Assembly: GCA_903875465.1 (NCBI GenBank)
Contig: CAIQWB010000033.1
Span: forward strand, 7,271 to 71,270
Direction: 5' to 3'
Source of the DNA: an uncultured Verrucomicrobia subdivision 3 bacterium
Lineage (GTDB): Bacteria; Verrucomicrobiota; Verrucomicrobiia; Limisphaerales; UBA11358
Length of the DNA stretch: 64,000 nucleotides
Positions 55,367 through 64,000 of the stretch are shown here, piece after piece (positions within the stretch are counted from its first letter, which is position 1; each line of letters opens with the position of its first letter). Below the pieces are notes generated by a model. That model was not told where the DNA came from, searched no databases, and was given only the letters and a program-made list of their open reading frames with translations. The translations under genes and the position numbers were made by a program.

Positions 55367-55980
55367 GGAGCGCGTCCTTCAGGACGCCTCAACGTGGCAT
55401 CGCCAAAGCGGTCCCTATGGCTAACCACCTGCCTTACCTTGCGACGGCCTTAATGCCACGCTTCCCAACCGCCCAGTCCAAGAAATTGTCATCCATCCCC
55501 CCCATTCCCCAAGCCCCACCGTGCCTACCTCCGCCAAACTCGTAAAAGTCCACCCCTTGTCCAGCCAACCCAATTGAAACGCCCCTTCGCATAGAGCCTC
55601 GCCTCCACTGCACCCGGTCACAAGGAGCGCGTCCTTCAGGACGCCTCAACGCCGCATCGCCAAAGCGGTCCCTCTGGCCAACCACCTGCCTTAACTCGCG
55701 ACGGCCTAAACGCCACGCTCCGCCAGGAGCCGGTGCATAAAATTGTCATCCATCCCCCCATTCCCCAAGCCCCACCGTGCATACCTCCGCCAAACTCGTA
55801 AAAGCCCACCGTTTGTCCAACCAACGGATTTGGGACGCCCCTTCGCAAAGAGCCTAACCTCCACGGCACCCCAGCGCACGGAGCGCGTCCTTCAGGACGC
55901 CTCAACGCGGCATCGCCAAAGCGGTCCCTATGGCTAACCACCTGCCTTACCTTGCAACAGCGGAAACGCCACGCTCCGCC
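55367..55980. repeat. Tandem repeat, about 257-bp unit, about 2.4 copies
   Basis: The unit anchor GGAGCGCGTCCTTCAGGACGCCTCAACG occurs at 55367, 55624 and 55880 (spacing 257 and 256 bp). A long conserved block, ATTGTCATCCATCCCCCCATTCCCCAAGCCCCACCGTGC, appears in copies 1 and 2. Confidence 0.85.
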
Positions 55981-56069
55981 GATGAAACATTTGCTCGGGG
56001 CCAGTGGCAAGTGCGCCCAATTTCAAGTGCGACGCGCCTTGCGATAACTACCCGGGCCAGCTCCGGCAC

Positions 56070-56849
56070 TTACTTCGCCACCGGCGCGCTCAAGGCCTCT
56101 TTCCAAGCACTCACCGCATGTTTAATATCGGCGGCACAATTGGCCCGGGGTTTTACAAACCGGGGGGTGAACCATGGGAAAAGGCCCACTAAATCAAAAG
56201 TCACCAAAATCTGCCCGTCGCAGTCCGGCCCCGACCCAATGCCAATCGTGGGAATGGGCACGCTCGCAGTAATTTCTTTGGCCACCGGCGGCGTGATGAT
56301 TTCCAAGACCACGGCAAACGCCCCGGCGTCCGCCAGCGCGCGCGCATCGGCCAGCAGGGCTTCGCGCTCCGTTTCCGTGCGGCCTTTAATGTGGTAGCCC
56401 CCCTCCTCGCGCACGTGCTGTGGCAACATGCCCAGGTGGCCGCAATAGGGAATGCCAGCGGCCAGGATGGCCTGCACTTGGGGCAGGATGGACCGGCCGC
56501 CCTCCGCCTTCACCGCCTCCGCCCCGGCGGCAACCAACCGGCGGGCATTGGCCACCGCCTTGGCCACCGTGTCGTAAGTGCCAAACGGCAAATCCGCCAC
56601 CACCAGTGCCTGCGGCTTGGCCCGCGCCACCGCGCGCACATGATGCTCCATGTCCGCCATGGTCACCAGGGTCGTGTCCGGATACCCCAGCACCACCATC
56701 CCCAGGGAATCGCCCACCAGCAGGAACGGCACCCCGGCTTCATCCAGCATTTTGGCCAGGGGATAGTCATACGCCGTCAGCGCGGCGATTTTTTCGCCCG
56801 AACGTTTACGGTCGCGAATGCCAGCGGGAGTGATTTTGTGCGGTGTCAT
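56070..56849 (-). CDS. panB: 3-methyl-2-oxobutanoate hydroxymethyltransferase
   Basis: 259 aa with the PanB segments KIAALTAYDYPLAKMLDEAGVPFLLVGDSLGMVVLGY, VVADLPFGTY and VKAEGG. Confidence 0.92.
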   Translation of the reverse strand: MTPHKITPAGIRDRKRSGEKIAALTAYDYPLAKMLDEAGVPFLLVGDSLGMVVLGYPDTTLVTMADMEHHVRAVARAKPQALVVADLPFGTYDTVAKAVANARRLVAAGAEAVKAEGGRSILPQVQAILAAGIPYCGHLGMLPQHVREEGGYHIKGRTETEREALLADARALADAGAFAVVLEIITPPVAKEITASVPIPTIGIGSGPDCDGQILVTFDLVGLFPWFTPRFVKPRANCAADIKHAVSAWKEALSAPVAK

Positions 56850-56882
56850 GGGGACTTGGGACCGGCCACCAGCCCGGGGCCG

Positions 56883-57899
56883 TCAGCCGGTCGTTAAACT
56901 GTGAATCAATTCCTCCGGCGTGGTCGTGGCGGTGCCCACCTTGCCCACCACAATCCCGGCCGCGTGATTGGAGAGCAGCGCCGCCTCCAACGGCGAGGCC
57001 CCGGCGGCAATGGCCAGCGTGAACGAGGCAATCACTGTGTCGCCCGCGCCGGACACATCGAACACCTCCTGCGCCACGGTGGGAATGTGAATGGGGTTGT
57101 GGTCGCGCTGGCACAACAACATGCCCAGATCGCCCAAAGTGACCAGCAGGATCGCCGGGCTGGGCTGCTGCAACAACCGTTCCACCACCAGCAATAAGTT
57201 CTTGTCCGCCAGAGGATTGGCGTTGCGCGTCTCATCCGGGAGTTCCACCATTTCAAACGCCTCCTTGCGGTTCGGCGTGATCAGGGAGAGCCGGCTCAAA
57301 TCCAGCTTGTGCACCGGTTTGGGGTCCAGGCTTACCCAAATGCCGCGCTCCCGACACAGGCTTTTAATCTCATCCAACAGCGGTTGGGTCACCACCCCTT
57401 TGCCGTAATCCCCAATGATGATCGCATCCGTGGTCGCCAGCTTCGGCTTCAATTCCGCCAGCAATTGCCGGGTCAGTTCGCCATCCAGACTTTCCCGTGT
57501 CTCCCGGTCAATGCGGACCACCTGTTGCTGGTGCGCCACAATCCGGGTTTTCACACTGGTATGCCGTTTCGCGCTTTTGACGAGGCCCTGGCAACCAATT
57601 TTCTGCTCGTCCAGCAGACCCTGCAATTGCCGCCCGGAATCATCATCGCCAATGGCCCCAAAAATCTCCGTGGGCACCGCCAGGGTGGCGAGGTTGCGCG
57701 ACACATTGGCCGCGCCGCCGGGCATGAAGCTTTCCCGCTGGAAATCCACCACCGGCACCGGTGCCTCGGGGGAGATCCGGGACACTGAGCCCCAAATAAA
57801 CTGGTCCAGCATCACATCCCCCACCACTAAAATCCGGGTTTTGCGCGCTTCAGTTAAAATTTCCCGCGCCCGCGCCGCCGAAATGACATTCCTGCTCAT
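56883..57899 (-). CDS. rfaE1: D-glycero-beta-D-manno-heptose-7-phosphate kinase (RfaE domain I / PfkB family)
   Basis: 338 aa. It has ILVVGDVMLDQFIWGSVSRISPEAPVPVV, GGAANVSRNL and the PfkB C-terminal motif DVSGAGDTVIA. Confidence 0.85.
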   Translation of the reverse strand: MSRNVISAARAREILTEARKTRILVVGDVMLDQFIWGSVSRISPEAPVPVVDFQRESFMPGGAANVSRNLATLAVPTEIFGAIGDDDSGRQLQGLLDEQKIGCQGLVKSAKRHTSVKTRIVAHQQQVVRIDRETRESLDGELTRQLLAELKPKLATTDAIIIGDYGKGVVTQPLLDEIKSLCRERGIWVSLDPKPVHKLDLSRLSLITPNRKEAFEMVELPDETRNANPLADKNLLLVVERLLQQPSPAILLVTLGDLGMLLCQRDHNPIHIPTVAQEVFDVSGAGDTVIASFTLAIAAGASPLEAALLSNHAAGIVVGKVGTATTTPEELIHSLTTG

Positions 57900-57934
57900 G
57901 TTGATTATTTGAATTGGGTTGAACGTTGCGAAGT

Positions 57935-58726
57935 TTAATCCAAAAACGCCGTCAGCGGGCTGGTGGCACTGGCGAACTCATTTTGTGTGGCCAGACCGGA
58001 TTCATACGCCGCCCGGCCCGCCTCCACCGCCATTTGAAACGCCCGGCCCATGCGATTGGGATCGGCCGCCACCGCGATGGCCGTGTTGACCAGCACCGCA
58101 TCCGCGCCGAGTTCCATGGCTTCCGCCGCGTGGCTGGGCGCGCCCAACCCGGCATCCACCACCACCGGAACCGTGGCCTGCTCAATAATGATCCGCAACT
58201 GCTCGCGCGTTTGCAGCCCCCGGTTGGAGCCAATGGGCGAGCCCAGCGGCATGACCGTGGCGCAGCCCACATCTTGGAGGCGCTTGGCCAGCACGGGATC
58301 GGCGTTGATGTAAGGGAGCACGGTAAAACCTTCTTTCACCAGAATTTCCGCCGCCTTGAAGGTTTCCACCGGATCGGGCAACAGGTAGCGGGGATCGGGA
58401 TGAATTTCCAGCTTCACCCACTTGGGCAAACCCGCGGCGGCCGCCAAGCGCGCCAGACGGACGGCCTCCTCGGCATTCATCGCGCCGCTGGTGTTGGGCA
58501 AGAGCAAGTAGCGCTCGGCATCAATGAACTCCAGAATATTGGCGAAGGGATCACGCTTGCCACTGAGATCGGCCCGGCGAAGGGCGACCGTCACCATCTC
58601 CGCGCCACTGGCGGCCAGCGCGTCGCGCATGGCTTCCGGCGATGAAAATTTGCCCGTCCCCAGGATGAGGCGGGAACGGAATATCCGCCCGGCAATGACC
58701 AGCGGTTGGTTCGCTAACGACATCAC
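57935..58726 (-). CDS. thiG: Thiazole synthase
   Basis: 263 aa with the ThiG segments [38 protein letters not shown] and [30 protein letters not shown]. Confidence 0.92.
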   Translation of the reverse strand: MMSLANQPLVIAGRIFRSRLILGTGKFSSPEAMRDALAASGAEMVTVALRRADLSGKRDPFANILEFIDAERYLLLPNTSGAMNAEEAVRLARLAAAAGLPKWVKLEIHPDPRYLLPDPVETFKAAEILVKEGFTVLPYINADPVLAKRLQDVGCATVMPLGSPIGSNRGLQTREQLRIIIEQATVPVVVDAGLGAPSHAAEAMELGADAVLVNTAIAVAADPNRMGRAFQMAVEAGRAAYESGLATQNEFASATSPLTAFLD

Positions 58727-58819
58727 GTTAATTTAGTCGGTTGGAGGGATTTGTCGAGACAGGATGAACAGGCAAAACGAGGCTTCAGCCCAAAATTTGA
58801 ATGGGCGGGCGGCGCATGT

Positions 58820-59182
58820 TTAGGTGTCCACGGACAAAATGGTTTTGATCCGACCGTGCGTGTAATGAACCTGGCCGCAAAACAACTCAAATTCTGCGCC
58901 CGGCTCAATGACTTCTTGTGGGGCATCTGGGGCGAAAAAATAAACCGTGGCCTCAACCTGCTCGCGGGATAAATCGGGCTCGCCCGCCAATTCGACCCAA
59001 AGGGTCCAGGTCTGCCGGCCCCATGTCGGGTCCTTTTGGAAATGAGCCCAGGCCCAATACCGAAAAGGACGTGTGCCAGCGGATGGGAGCACCCAACCGC
59101 GATGCCGGTCAATGGCAATCTCCGCGAGAGCTTTGCGTGCCTTCAAGGCGGATGTAGCGGTGGCTGGTCCCTGGTCAGGCAT
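58820..59182 (-). CDS. Hypothetical protein (120 aa)
   Basis: The ATG at 59182 overlaps the upstream gene's stop by 8 nt (ATGCCTGA). The C-terminal beta-rich segment is VYFFAPDAPQEVIEPGAEFELFCGQVHYTHGRI. I recognise no family. Confidence 0.45.
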   Translation of the reverse strand: MPDQGPATATSALKARKALAEIAIDRHRGWVLPSAGTRPFRYWAWAHFQKDPTWGRQTWTLWVELAGEPDLSREQVEATVYFFAPDAPQEVIEPGAEFELFCGQVHYTHGRIKTILSVDT

Positions 59183-59669
59183 GGGGATTGAACTTATGGA
59201 TGGTTCGGGAAAGACGCGCATAGCGACGTCCAAAAGTGAATCCTTGAAAATTCGGGCACAGCTGGTGGATGTTGCCACACAAAGCATCAATGACGCGAAT
59301 GCGCGCCCCCAGAAAATGGATGCAGGAACCGTCCGCAAACCCGAAGACCACGGCGAACAATCCCAAGCCAACGCTCACCGACTTAAGCTGGGAAATCGGA
59401 CGGCGCTTCAGGATAATTCGTCCGCAAAAGAGATGGGTAATATAATGAGCTTCCAAGCAGATGGAGAAGAGGCACGTCGGTAACATTACCAGCGGGATGA
59501 TGCAGCCGATGACGAATGCTCCGACAACCGCCGTGGACCAGTCGTGGGCCAGGCGCCCATCTTTGTAAAATCCCGCACCGAGAGCAACACCGGCAAATAT
59601 CCCCAACATCGCGCCGCCCATGCTGGCGCGTCTTAAATCTCCCATGGTATTGCCGTAAATCCTGCTCAT
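59175..59669 (-). CDS. Hypothetical membrane protein (164 aa)
   Basis: ATG start and at least three hydrophobic helices (GGAMLGIFAGVALGAGF; AVVGAFVIGCIIPLVMLPTCLF; VSVGLGLFAVVFGFA). It is coupled to the downstream ORF. Confidence 0.5.
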   Translation of the reverse strand: MSRIYGNTMGDLRRASMGGAMLGIFAGVALGAGFYKDGRLAHDWSTAVVGAFVIGCIIPLVMLPTCLFSICLEAHYITHLFCGRIILKRRPISQLKSVSVGLGLFAVVFGFADGSCIHFLGARIRVIDALCGNIHQLCPNFQGFTFGRRYARLSRTIHKFNPHA

Positions 59670-59705
59670 GTGGTGCCTAACGCCACATTATATCGCAGTC
59701 AAATT

Positions 59706-60047
59706 TCACGCAAGTTTTAGGAGGACTACATGCTCGGTTTTCAAGGCCCTCGACTCGATCCGGATGTAACCACTGCATGGTGATTCATGACTTTGCAAGG
59801 TCACTTCAAGCGTTACCAGGTCGCCGGCCAGCAGTTGAGGCGAGGCAGTCTCGGCCAAAGTACCGGCTTCGGTGGAGAGCCAGGCACGCGCCCAGACTGG
59901 CGTCCCTTGGGGTCCGTTCAGTCTGGCCTGAAAAATCGCGGTCGTAGGATTCGGGATGGCCAGCCCGACGTCGCTCAGTGAATAGCCCTGGGTGGGGCGG
60001 AGAATATCCACGAAGGCATCCAGGTGGTTGGCGGTGGGTGTTAGCAT
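59706..60047 (-). CDS. Hypothetical protein (113 aa)
   Basis: The in-frame ATG at 60047 (MLTPTANHLDAFVDIL...) starts a protein on the same strand as its neighbours, 36 nt upstream of the next gene. There are no recognisable motifs. Confidence 0.4.
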   Translation of the reverse strand: MLTPTANHLDAFVDILRPTQGYSLSDVGLAIPNPTTAIFQARLNGPQGTPVWARAWLSTEAGTLAETASPQLLAGDLVTLEVTLQSHESPCSGYIRIESRALKTEHVVLLKLA

Positions 60048-60202
60048 AAAACCGCTGGATAACTTTCTACCTTTTCTTGCGGCGCAAGCCAAATACAAAT
60101 CGTGACAGCAGAATGGCAAGCGCCATCCGCATTAGCTCGGAAGCTACGGGCGGGCGGGACGACGGTTGGTTGGAGCGATTTTTGGTTGGTATGTTTATAT
60201 AT

Positions 60203-60481
60203 CTATCCATCAAAACCGGGGGGATAATCATTCGTCTGCCATGTTCTCTCGGTGATGTGTCTGGACATAAATCGAGGAAACACTCGGTAAGTAATTTGTC
60301 GCAAAGGCCAAAAGCCATAAAACTCGACGGCCTCCACAACAGGGTAGTCACTGTAATACCAATACATCATGTTGTAAGCTGGTCGCCTTAAGGTGGATGA
60401 GCGGTGGATAACCCCGAATGCGATAACATAAAGAACAGCGAAAAGGACGAGTATCAATCCAAATTTTCTAAATTTCTTCAT
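60203..60481 (-). CDS. Hypothetical N-terminally anchored small protein (92 aa)
   Basis: The ATG at 60481 gives MKKFRKFGLILVLFAVLYVIAFGV (a signal anchor). The local composition is AT-richer than the surroundings. Confidence 0.45.
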   Translation of the reverse strand: MKKFRKFGLILVLFAVLYVIAFGVIHRSSTLRRPAYNMMYWYYSDYPVVEAVEFYGFWPLRQITYRVFPRFMSRHITERTWQTNDYPPGFDG

Positions 60482-60589
60482 AGTGCGTACCCCACCTAAC
60501 AAAGATTCCTTCGCAATTTGCGTTCGATCATTTCCCACCTTTGGCGACGATATTGCGGTGTTCACGGAATGTCAACAATTCAGGATTTC

Positions 60590-60785
60590 GGCCGTCCCTG
60601 GCGGGACTTGCCCGTGAGGGTGAGAAAACCCAGCGATGAATCGCTGGGCTATTCTCAGTCGTCCCTGCGGGACTGAAAGGGGTATCGCGTCCCTTCAGGA
60701 CGCCGGACTGGGAGGGCAAATTACCCAGCCCGATTGGGCTGGGCTAAGGAATTACGGCCCGTTGGGCCTCCCGTGAGGATGACTT
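60590..60785. repeat. String of short GC-rich hairpins (REP-like)
   Basis: The string holds GTCCCTGGCGGGAC, CCCAGCGATGAATCGCTGGG, GTCCCTGCGGGAC, GCGTCCCTTCAGGACGC (60687-60703), CCCAGCCCGATTGGGCTGGG and GGCCCGTTGGGCC. CCCGTGAGG occurs at both ends. Confidence 0.6.
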
Positions 60786-60881
60786 TTCATCCATGGTGCA
60801 GAGCGAGTTTCATGAAAACTCCTGTCAAAAAAAAGGCGGCTGTGTCCAATGAACACAGCCGCCTTTGCGCTCGTCGCGAAA

Positions 60882-62303
60882 TTATTCGTGCGATTTCTTC
60901 TTGGAGAATGTGTGCGTGGCGTGGCCGTAGAAAACTTCGGCGCATTCCATGATGGTTTCGGACAGGGTCGGATGCGGATGCACGGTGAGGGCGATGTCCT
61001 CGGCGGTGGCACCCATTTCCATGGCCAGCACGGCTTCGGCGATGAGTTCGCCGGCGCCGGCGCCGGTGATGCCCACGCCCAGCAGCCGGTCGGTATCCGG
61101 ATCAATCAGCATCTTGGTGACGCCGTCGGTGCGGTCGAAGGACAAGGCACGGCCGGAGGCGGACCAGGGGAATTTGGCGACTTCGTACTTCACGCCTTTT
61201 TCCTTGGCTTCGGCCTCGGTGAGGCCGCACCAGGCGATTTCCGGGTCGGTGAAGACCACGGCGGGAATGATGATGTTTTCAAACACCACGTCGTCGCCGT
61301 TGATGTTTTCAATGGCAATGCGCGCCTCTTTGTGGGCTTTGTGCGCGAGCAGGATGCCCCCGGCGATGTCGCCGATGGCGTAAATATTCGGATCATCCGT
61401 TTGCTGATGATGGTTGACCTTGACGAAGCCCTTCTCATCCAGCACGGCCTTGGTATTGGCCAGGCCCAGGTCGCCGCTATTGGGCACGCGGCCGACAGAC
61501 ACCAGCACGCGGTCATACAGCTCTTCGAGCTTCTGGCCGTTGTATTCCATCTCCACTTTGATTTGTTTGCCAGCGGTGGCCATTTTGGAAACGCGCGCCT
61601 TGAGGCGGATTTCCTTGAAAGCTTTCTTGGCATTGGCCACCACCGGGCGGGCGAGGTCCGCATCGGCCCCGGCCAGAATGGCGTCCGTGGCTTCCGCTAG
61701 GACAATTTTGCTGCCCAGCGCCGCATACACCGTGCCCAGCTCCATGCCAATGTAACCGCCACCGATCACCAGCAGGTTTTCCGGAATATCCGTCACTTCC
61801 AGGGCCTCTGTGGAGGTCATGACCCGCGGATTACCCAAGTCCCAAGCCTTGGGAATGGCCGGGATGGAGCCGACGGCCAGGATGGCCTTGTCGTATTCCA
61901 CAAATTGCTGGCCTTCGCTGGTTTCCACCCGCAGCTTTTGGGAACCTTCAAAATAGGCCCGGCCTTGAATGACCTGCACGCCGCGCATTTTTGCGAGCGC
62001 CGCCACACCGCCAGCCAGCTTTTCTACGATGGATTCTTTCCAGGCGCGCAGCTTGGAAACTTCGATGGTCGGCTCCGTGAACGAGATCCCGCGATGCGCC
62101 GATTCCCGGGCATTGACGATCTGGTGCGTGGCATAGAGCAGCGCCTTGGAGGGGATGCAACCCCGGTTCAGGCACACGCCACCCAGGCGCTTTTCGCGTT
62201 CGATGAGAATGACTTTTTTGCCGAGGTCCGCCGCATAAAAGGCCGCCGCATAACCGCCGGGACCCGCGCCGACCACCACTATTTCAGTTTTGATAGGTTC
62301 CAT
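60882..62303 (-). CDS. lpdA: Dihydrolipoyl dehydrogenase (E3)
   Basis: 473 aa with FAD motif VVVGAGPGGY, the redox-active disulfide GGVCLNRGCIPSK, NAD motif VIGGGYIGMELG and the C-terminal HPHPTLSE. Confidence 0.93.
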   Translation of the reverse strand: MEPIKTEIVVVGAGPGGYAAAFYAADLGKKVILIEREKRLGGVCLNRGCIPSKALLYATHQIVNARESAHRGISFTEPTIEVSKLRAWKESIVEKLAGGVAALAKMRGVQVIQGRAYFEGSQKLRVETSEGQQFVEYDKAILAVGSIPAIPKAWDLGNPRVMTSTEALEVTDIPENLLVIGGGYIGMELGTVYAALGSKIVLAEATDAILAGADADLARPVVANAKKAFKEIRLKARVSKMATAGKQIKVEMEYNGQKLEELYDRVLVSVGRVPNSGDLGLANTKAVLDEKGFVKVNHHQQTDDPNIYAIGDIAGGILLAHKAHKEARIAIENINGDDVVFENIIIPAVVFTDPEIAWCGLTEAEAKEKGVKYEVAKFPWSASGRALSFDRTDGVTKMLIDPDTDRLLGVGITGAGAGELIAEAVLAMEMGATAEDIALTVHPHPTLSETIMECAEVFYGHATHTFSKKKSHE

Positions 62304-62318
62304 GAAAACAAAATGCGC

Positions 62319-63620
62319 TTAAATTTTTACGGTTTCTTCTTTGAAATCCTGCAAGGCCGCGATCAGATCCACCGTGAACCGGGCGGCCGTGCCGCCATCG
62401 ATCACGCGGTGATCATAGCTCAAACCAATCGGCGTCATCAGGCGGATTTCCACTTTGCCCTCGCGTACCACGGGTTGCAACGCGCCCCGGCCCATGCCGA
62501 GGATGGCCACTTCCGGCTTGTTCACGATCGGCGTGAAATGCGCCCCGCCGATGGCTCCCTGGTTGGAGATCGTAAAGGTCCCGCCCTTGAGTTCGTCGCC
62601 CGTCACCTTGCGATCCCGCGCCTTGGCGGCGAGGACTTCCAGTTCCTTGGCGATTTCGAGCACACTCTTCTTGTCCACGTCGCGAATGACGGGAACGATC
62701 AAGCCCTGCTCGGTGTCCACCGCGATGCCGAGGTGGTAATATTCCTTGATCACGATCTCGTTCGTGGCCTCGTCAAGGCTGGAATTGAAGATCGGATGTT
62801 TCTTCAGCGCCTCGACGATGCCCTTGAGCACCAGTGGGGTGAGCGTGAGTTTCGAGCCCTTGGCCTCGTAAGCGGCGGCATATTTCTTGCGCAACTCATT
62901 CAGCTTGGTGAAATCAATATTGTCAAACTGGGTGACATGCGGAATGGCGTTCCAGTTTTCCAGCATCCGGCGCGCAATGACCTGGCGCAACGGGGTGATG
63001 GATTTCTTGAGGACCGGACCCCATTGCGAGAAGTCAATGGACACCGGCGCGGGCTTGGCCGGGGCCGCCGCGGCGGCGGCCGGAGCAGCCTTGGGCGTCG
63101 CGGCCTTCGCGATCAAGCGTTGGATATAGGCTTTGACGTCACCCATCACGATGCGGCCACCGGATTCACTGCCGCGAATCTTGGCGAGATTAATACCCAG
63201 TTCCCGGGCCACCTTGCGAACCGAGGGTGAGGCCACGGGCGCGATGCCGGGCGTCACATCTTCGTCCTCATCCGCCACTTCCTCATAGACTTCCGGCGCA
63301 GGAGCGGCGGCTGGACGGGCGGCGGCGCGTTTGGGCGCGGGAGCCGCAGCGGCAGCCGGGGCGGCGGGCACGGGTGCGGGTGCACCGGCGCCACCTTCCA
63401 CGGAAATCAATCGCTGGCCAACGCTAATGCGATCGCCCGCTTTGACAAAGACCTTGCCCACCACACCCGCCGCAGTGGACGGGATGGAGGCCACGGCCTT
63501 TTCGTTTTCAAGTTCCAGTACGGCCTGGTCTTTCGCCACCGTGTCGCCTTCTTTCACGAAGACATTGACCACGACGCCGGAATCCGCGCCCTCACCCAAT
63601 TTCGGAAGTTTTACGTCCAT
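62319..63620 (-). CDS. Dihydrolipoamide acyltransferase (E2) of a 2-oxoacid dehydrogenase complex
   Basis: The N-terminal lipoyl domain has LELENEKAVASIPS with the lipoyl-Lys. Ala/Pro linkers and a peripheral subunit-binding domain (SPSVRKVARELGINLAKIRGSESGGRI) follow. The catalytic domain carries SYDHRVIDG. Confidence 0.9.
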   Translation of the reverse strand: MDVKLPKLGEGADSGVVVNVFVKEGDTVAKDQAVLELENEKAVASIPSTAAGVVGKVFVKAGDRISVGQRLISVEGGAGAPAPVPAAPAAAAAPAPKRAAARPAAAPAPEVYEEVADEDEDVTPGIAPVASPSVRKVARELGINLAKIRGSESGGRIVMGDVKAYIQRLIAKAATPKAAPAAAAAAPAKPAPVSIDFSQWGPVLKKSITPLRQVIARRMLENWNAIPHVTQFDNIDFTKLNELRKKYAAAYEAKGSKLTLTPLVLKGIVEALKKHPIFNSSLDEATNEIVIKEYYHLGIAVDTEQGLIVPVIRDVDKKSVLEIAKELEVLAAKARDRKVTGDELKGGTFTISNQGAIGGAHFTPIVNKPEVAILGMGRGALQPVVREGKVEIRLMTPIGLSYDHRVIDGGTAARFTVDLIAALQDFKEETVKI

Positions 63621-63819
63621 AAATTCAACAGATGGTCAGCTTGCCGCAAAGCGGGGGAATTTTCCAGAAATAAATTAAGCGGATGCTTTGGGCGATGGCC
63701 AGCTGGCCAGCCCAACGCTTTTGGCGTCAAAGCTTTTGCACTTGCAAAATGAAAAACCGGGGCTAGTTTGCTGAATCAACCGACGGAGATGTGTTAAACA
63801 ACTTCCATTTTATCATGTT

Positions 63820-64000
63820 ATGAAAAAAATGCTCATCCTGTTATCAAGTTTGTTTGCCACTTGTCTGGTTCATGCCCAAGGGGAGGTTTGGTTTAATAAT
63901 TTCAACACCCTCTACACCAAAATTTCCGTCAACCAAACCCCGGGCGGCGCGGCCACCTCGCTCATGACCGGGCCGGCCGGCGCTTTTGATTTCGCCTTTT
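63820..64000 (+). CDS. Secreted hypothetical protein, 5' partial (runs off window)
   Basis: The ATG at 63820 encodes MKKMLILLSSLFATCLVHAQGEVWFNNF..., a signal peptide. The ORF is open to the window end. Confidence 0.5.
   Translation, partial: MKKMLILLSSLFATCLVHAQGEVWFNNFNTLYTKISVNQTPGGAATSLMTGPAGAFDFAF

Noticed and set aside
55367-55980. Possibility that the repeat array is a CRISPR array
   Set aside because: The unit is about 257 bp and the copies are colinear throughout, so there is no short-repeat/unique-spacer organisation. No cas genes are in the window.
55228-56010. ORFs 55228-55545, 55434-55685, 55636-56010 and 55743-55937 as protein genes
   Set aside because: They are translations of the tandem repeat on both strands. 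Repeated peptide blocks such as RDRFGDAALRRPEGRAP merely mirror the DNA repeat.
58727-58819. TPP riboswitch upstream of thiG
   Set aside because: The 93-nt leader lacks the conserved CUGAGA / ACCUGAUCUGGAUAAUGCCAGCG-type elements.

Overview
High-GC bacterial chromosomal segment. The gene content points to Verrucomicrobiota or another PVC-group organism: an H-X9-DG prepilin-like protein, autotransporter-associated beta-strand repeat proteins, a PEP-CTERM protein, a Bat/MoxR operon, and GC-rich hairpin repeats. This taxonomic call is inference only.

Most of the window is ordinary core metabolism arranged in tight operons:
- Pectin/uronate utilisation: kduI-kduD, a GH105, and a GH105-DUF4861 fusion.
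- A seven-gene translationally coupled MoxR-DUF58-VWA-BatA-E aerotolerance-type operon.
- pckG.
- rarA with 5-formyl-THF cyclo-ligase.
- A lat / ALDH7-type lysine-to-aminoadipate operon.
- A P1B-type metal ATPase.
- panB, a heptose kinase and thiG.
- lpdA with a 2-oxoacid dehydrogenase E2.

The ORF track misses an RNase P RNA gene (rnpB, about 32379-32787), which spurious ORFs overlap.

I found no CRISPR array, cas genes, transposase, integrase or recognisable defence island. The items most worth a second look are:
1. A tight four-gene operon. It holds a Tes/MJ0619-like radical SAM enzyme, two apparently paralogous small membrane proteins and an Lgt-family protein (8781-11716).
2. An uncharacterised 466-aa VOC-like protein that completes the lysine-catabolic operon (38909-40309).
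3. Three large secreted proteins that share one C-terminal module of about 55-60 aa.
4. A family of palindromic repeats at four loci, including a 257-bp tandem array.
5. A 28-bp inverted-repeat MITE-like element. Next to it lies a small basic ORF whose AT-rich leader carries TTAAT at 8-nt periodicity.
6. An apparently frameshifted VapC/PIN toxin.
7. A terminator-bounded, ORF-poor region upstream of rarA/5-FCL that may encode a structured RNA.

All start codons are predictions, and all family assignments come from motif recognition by eye.
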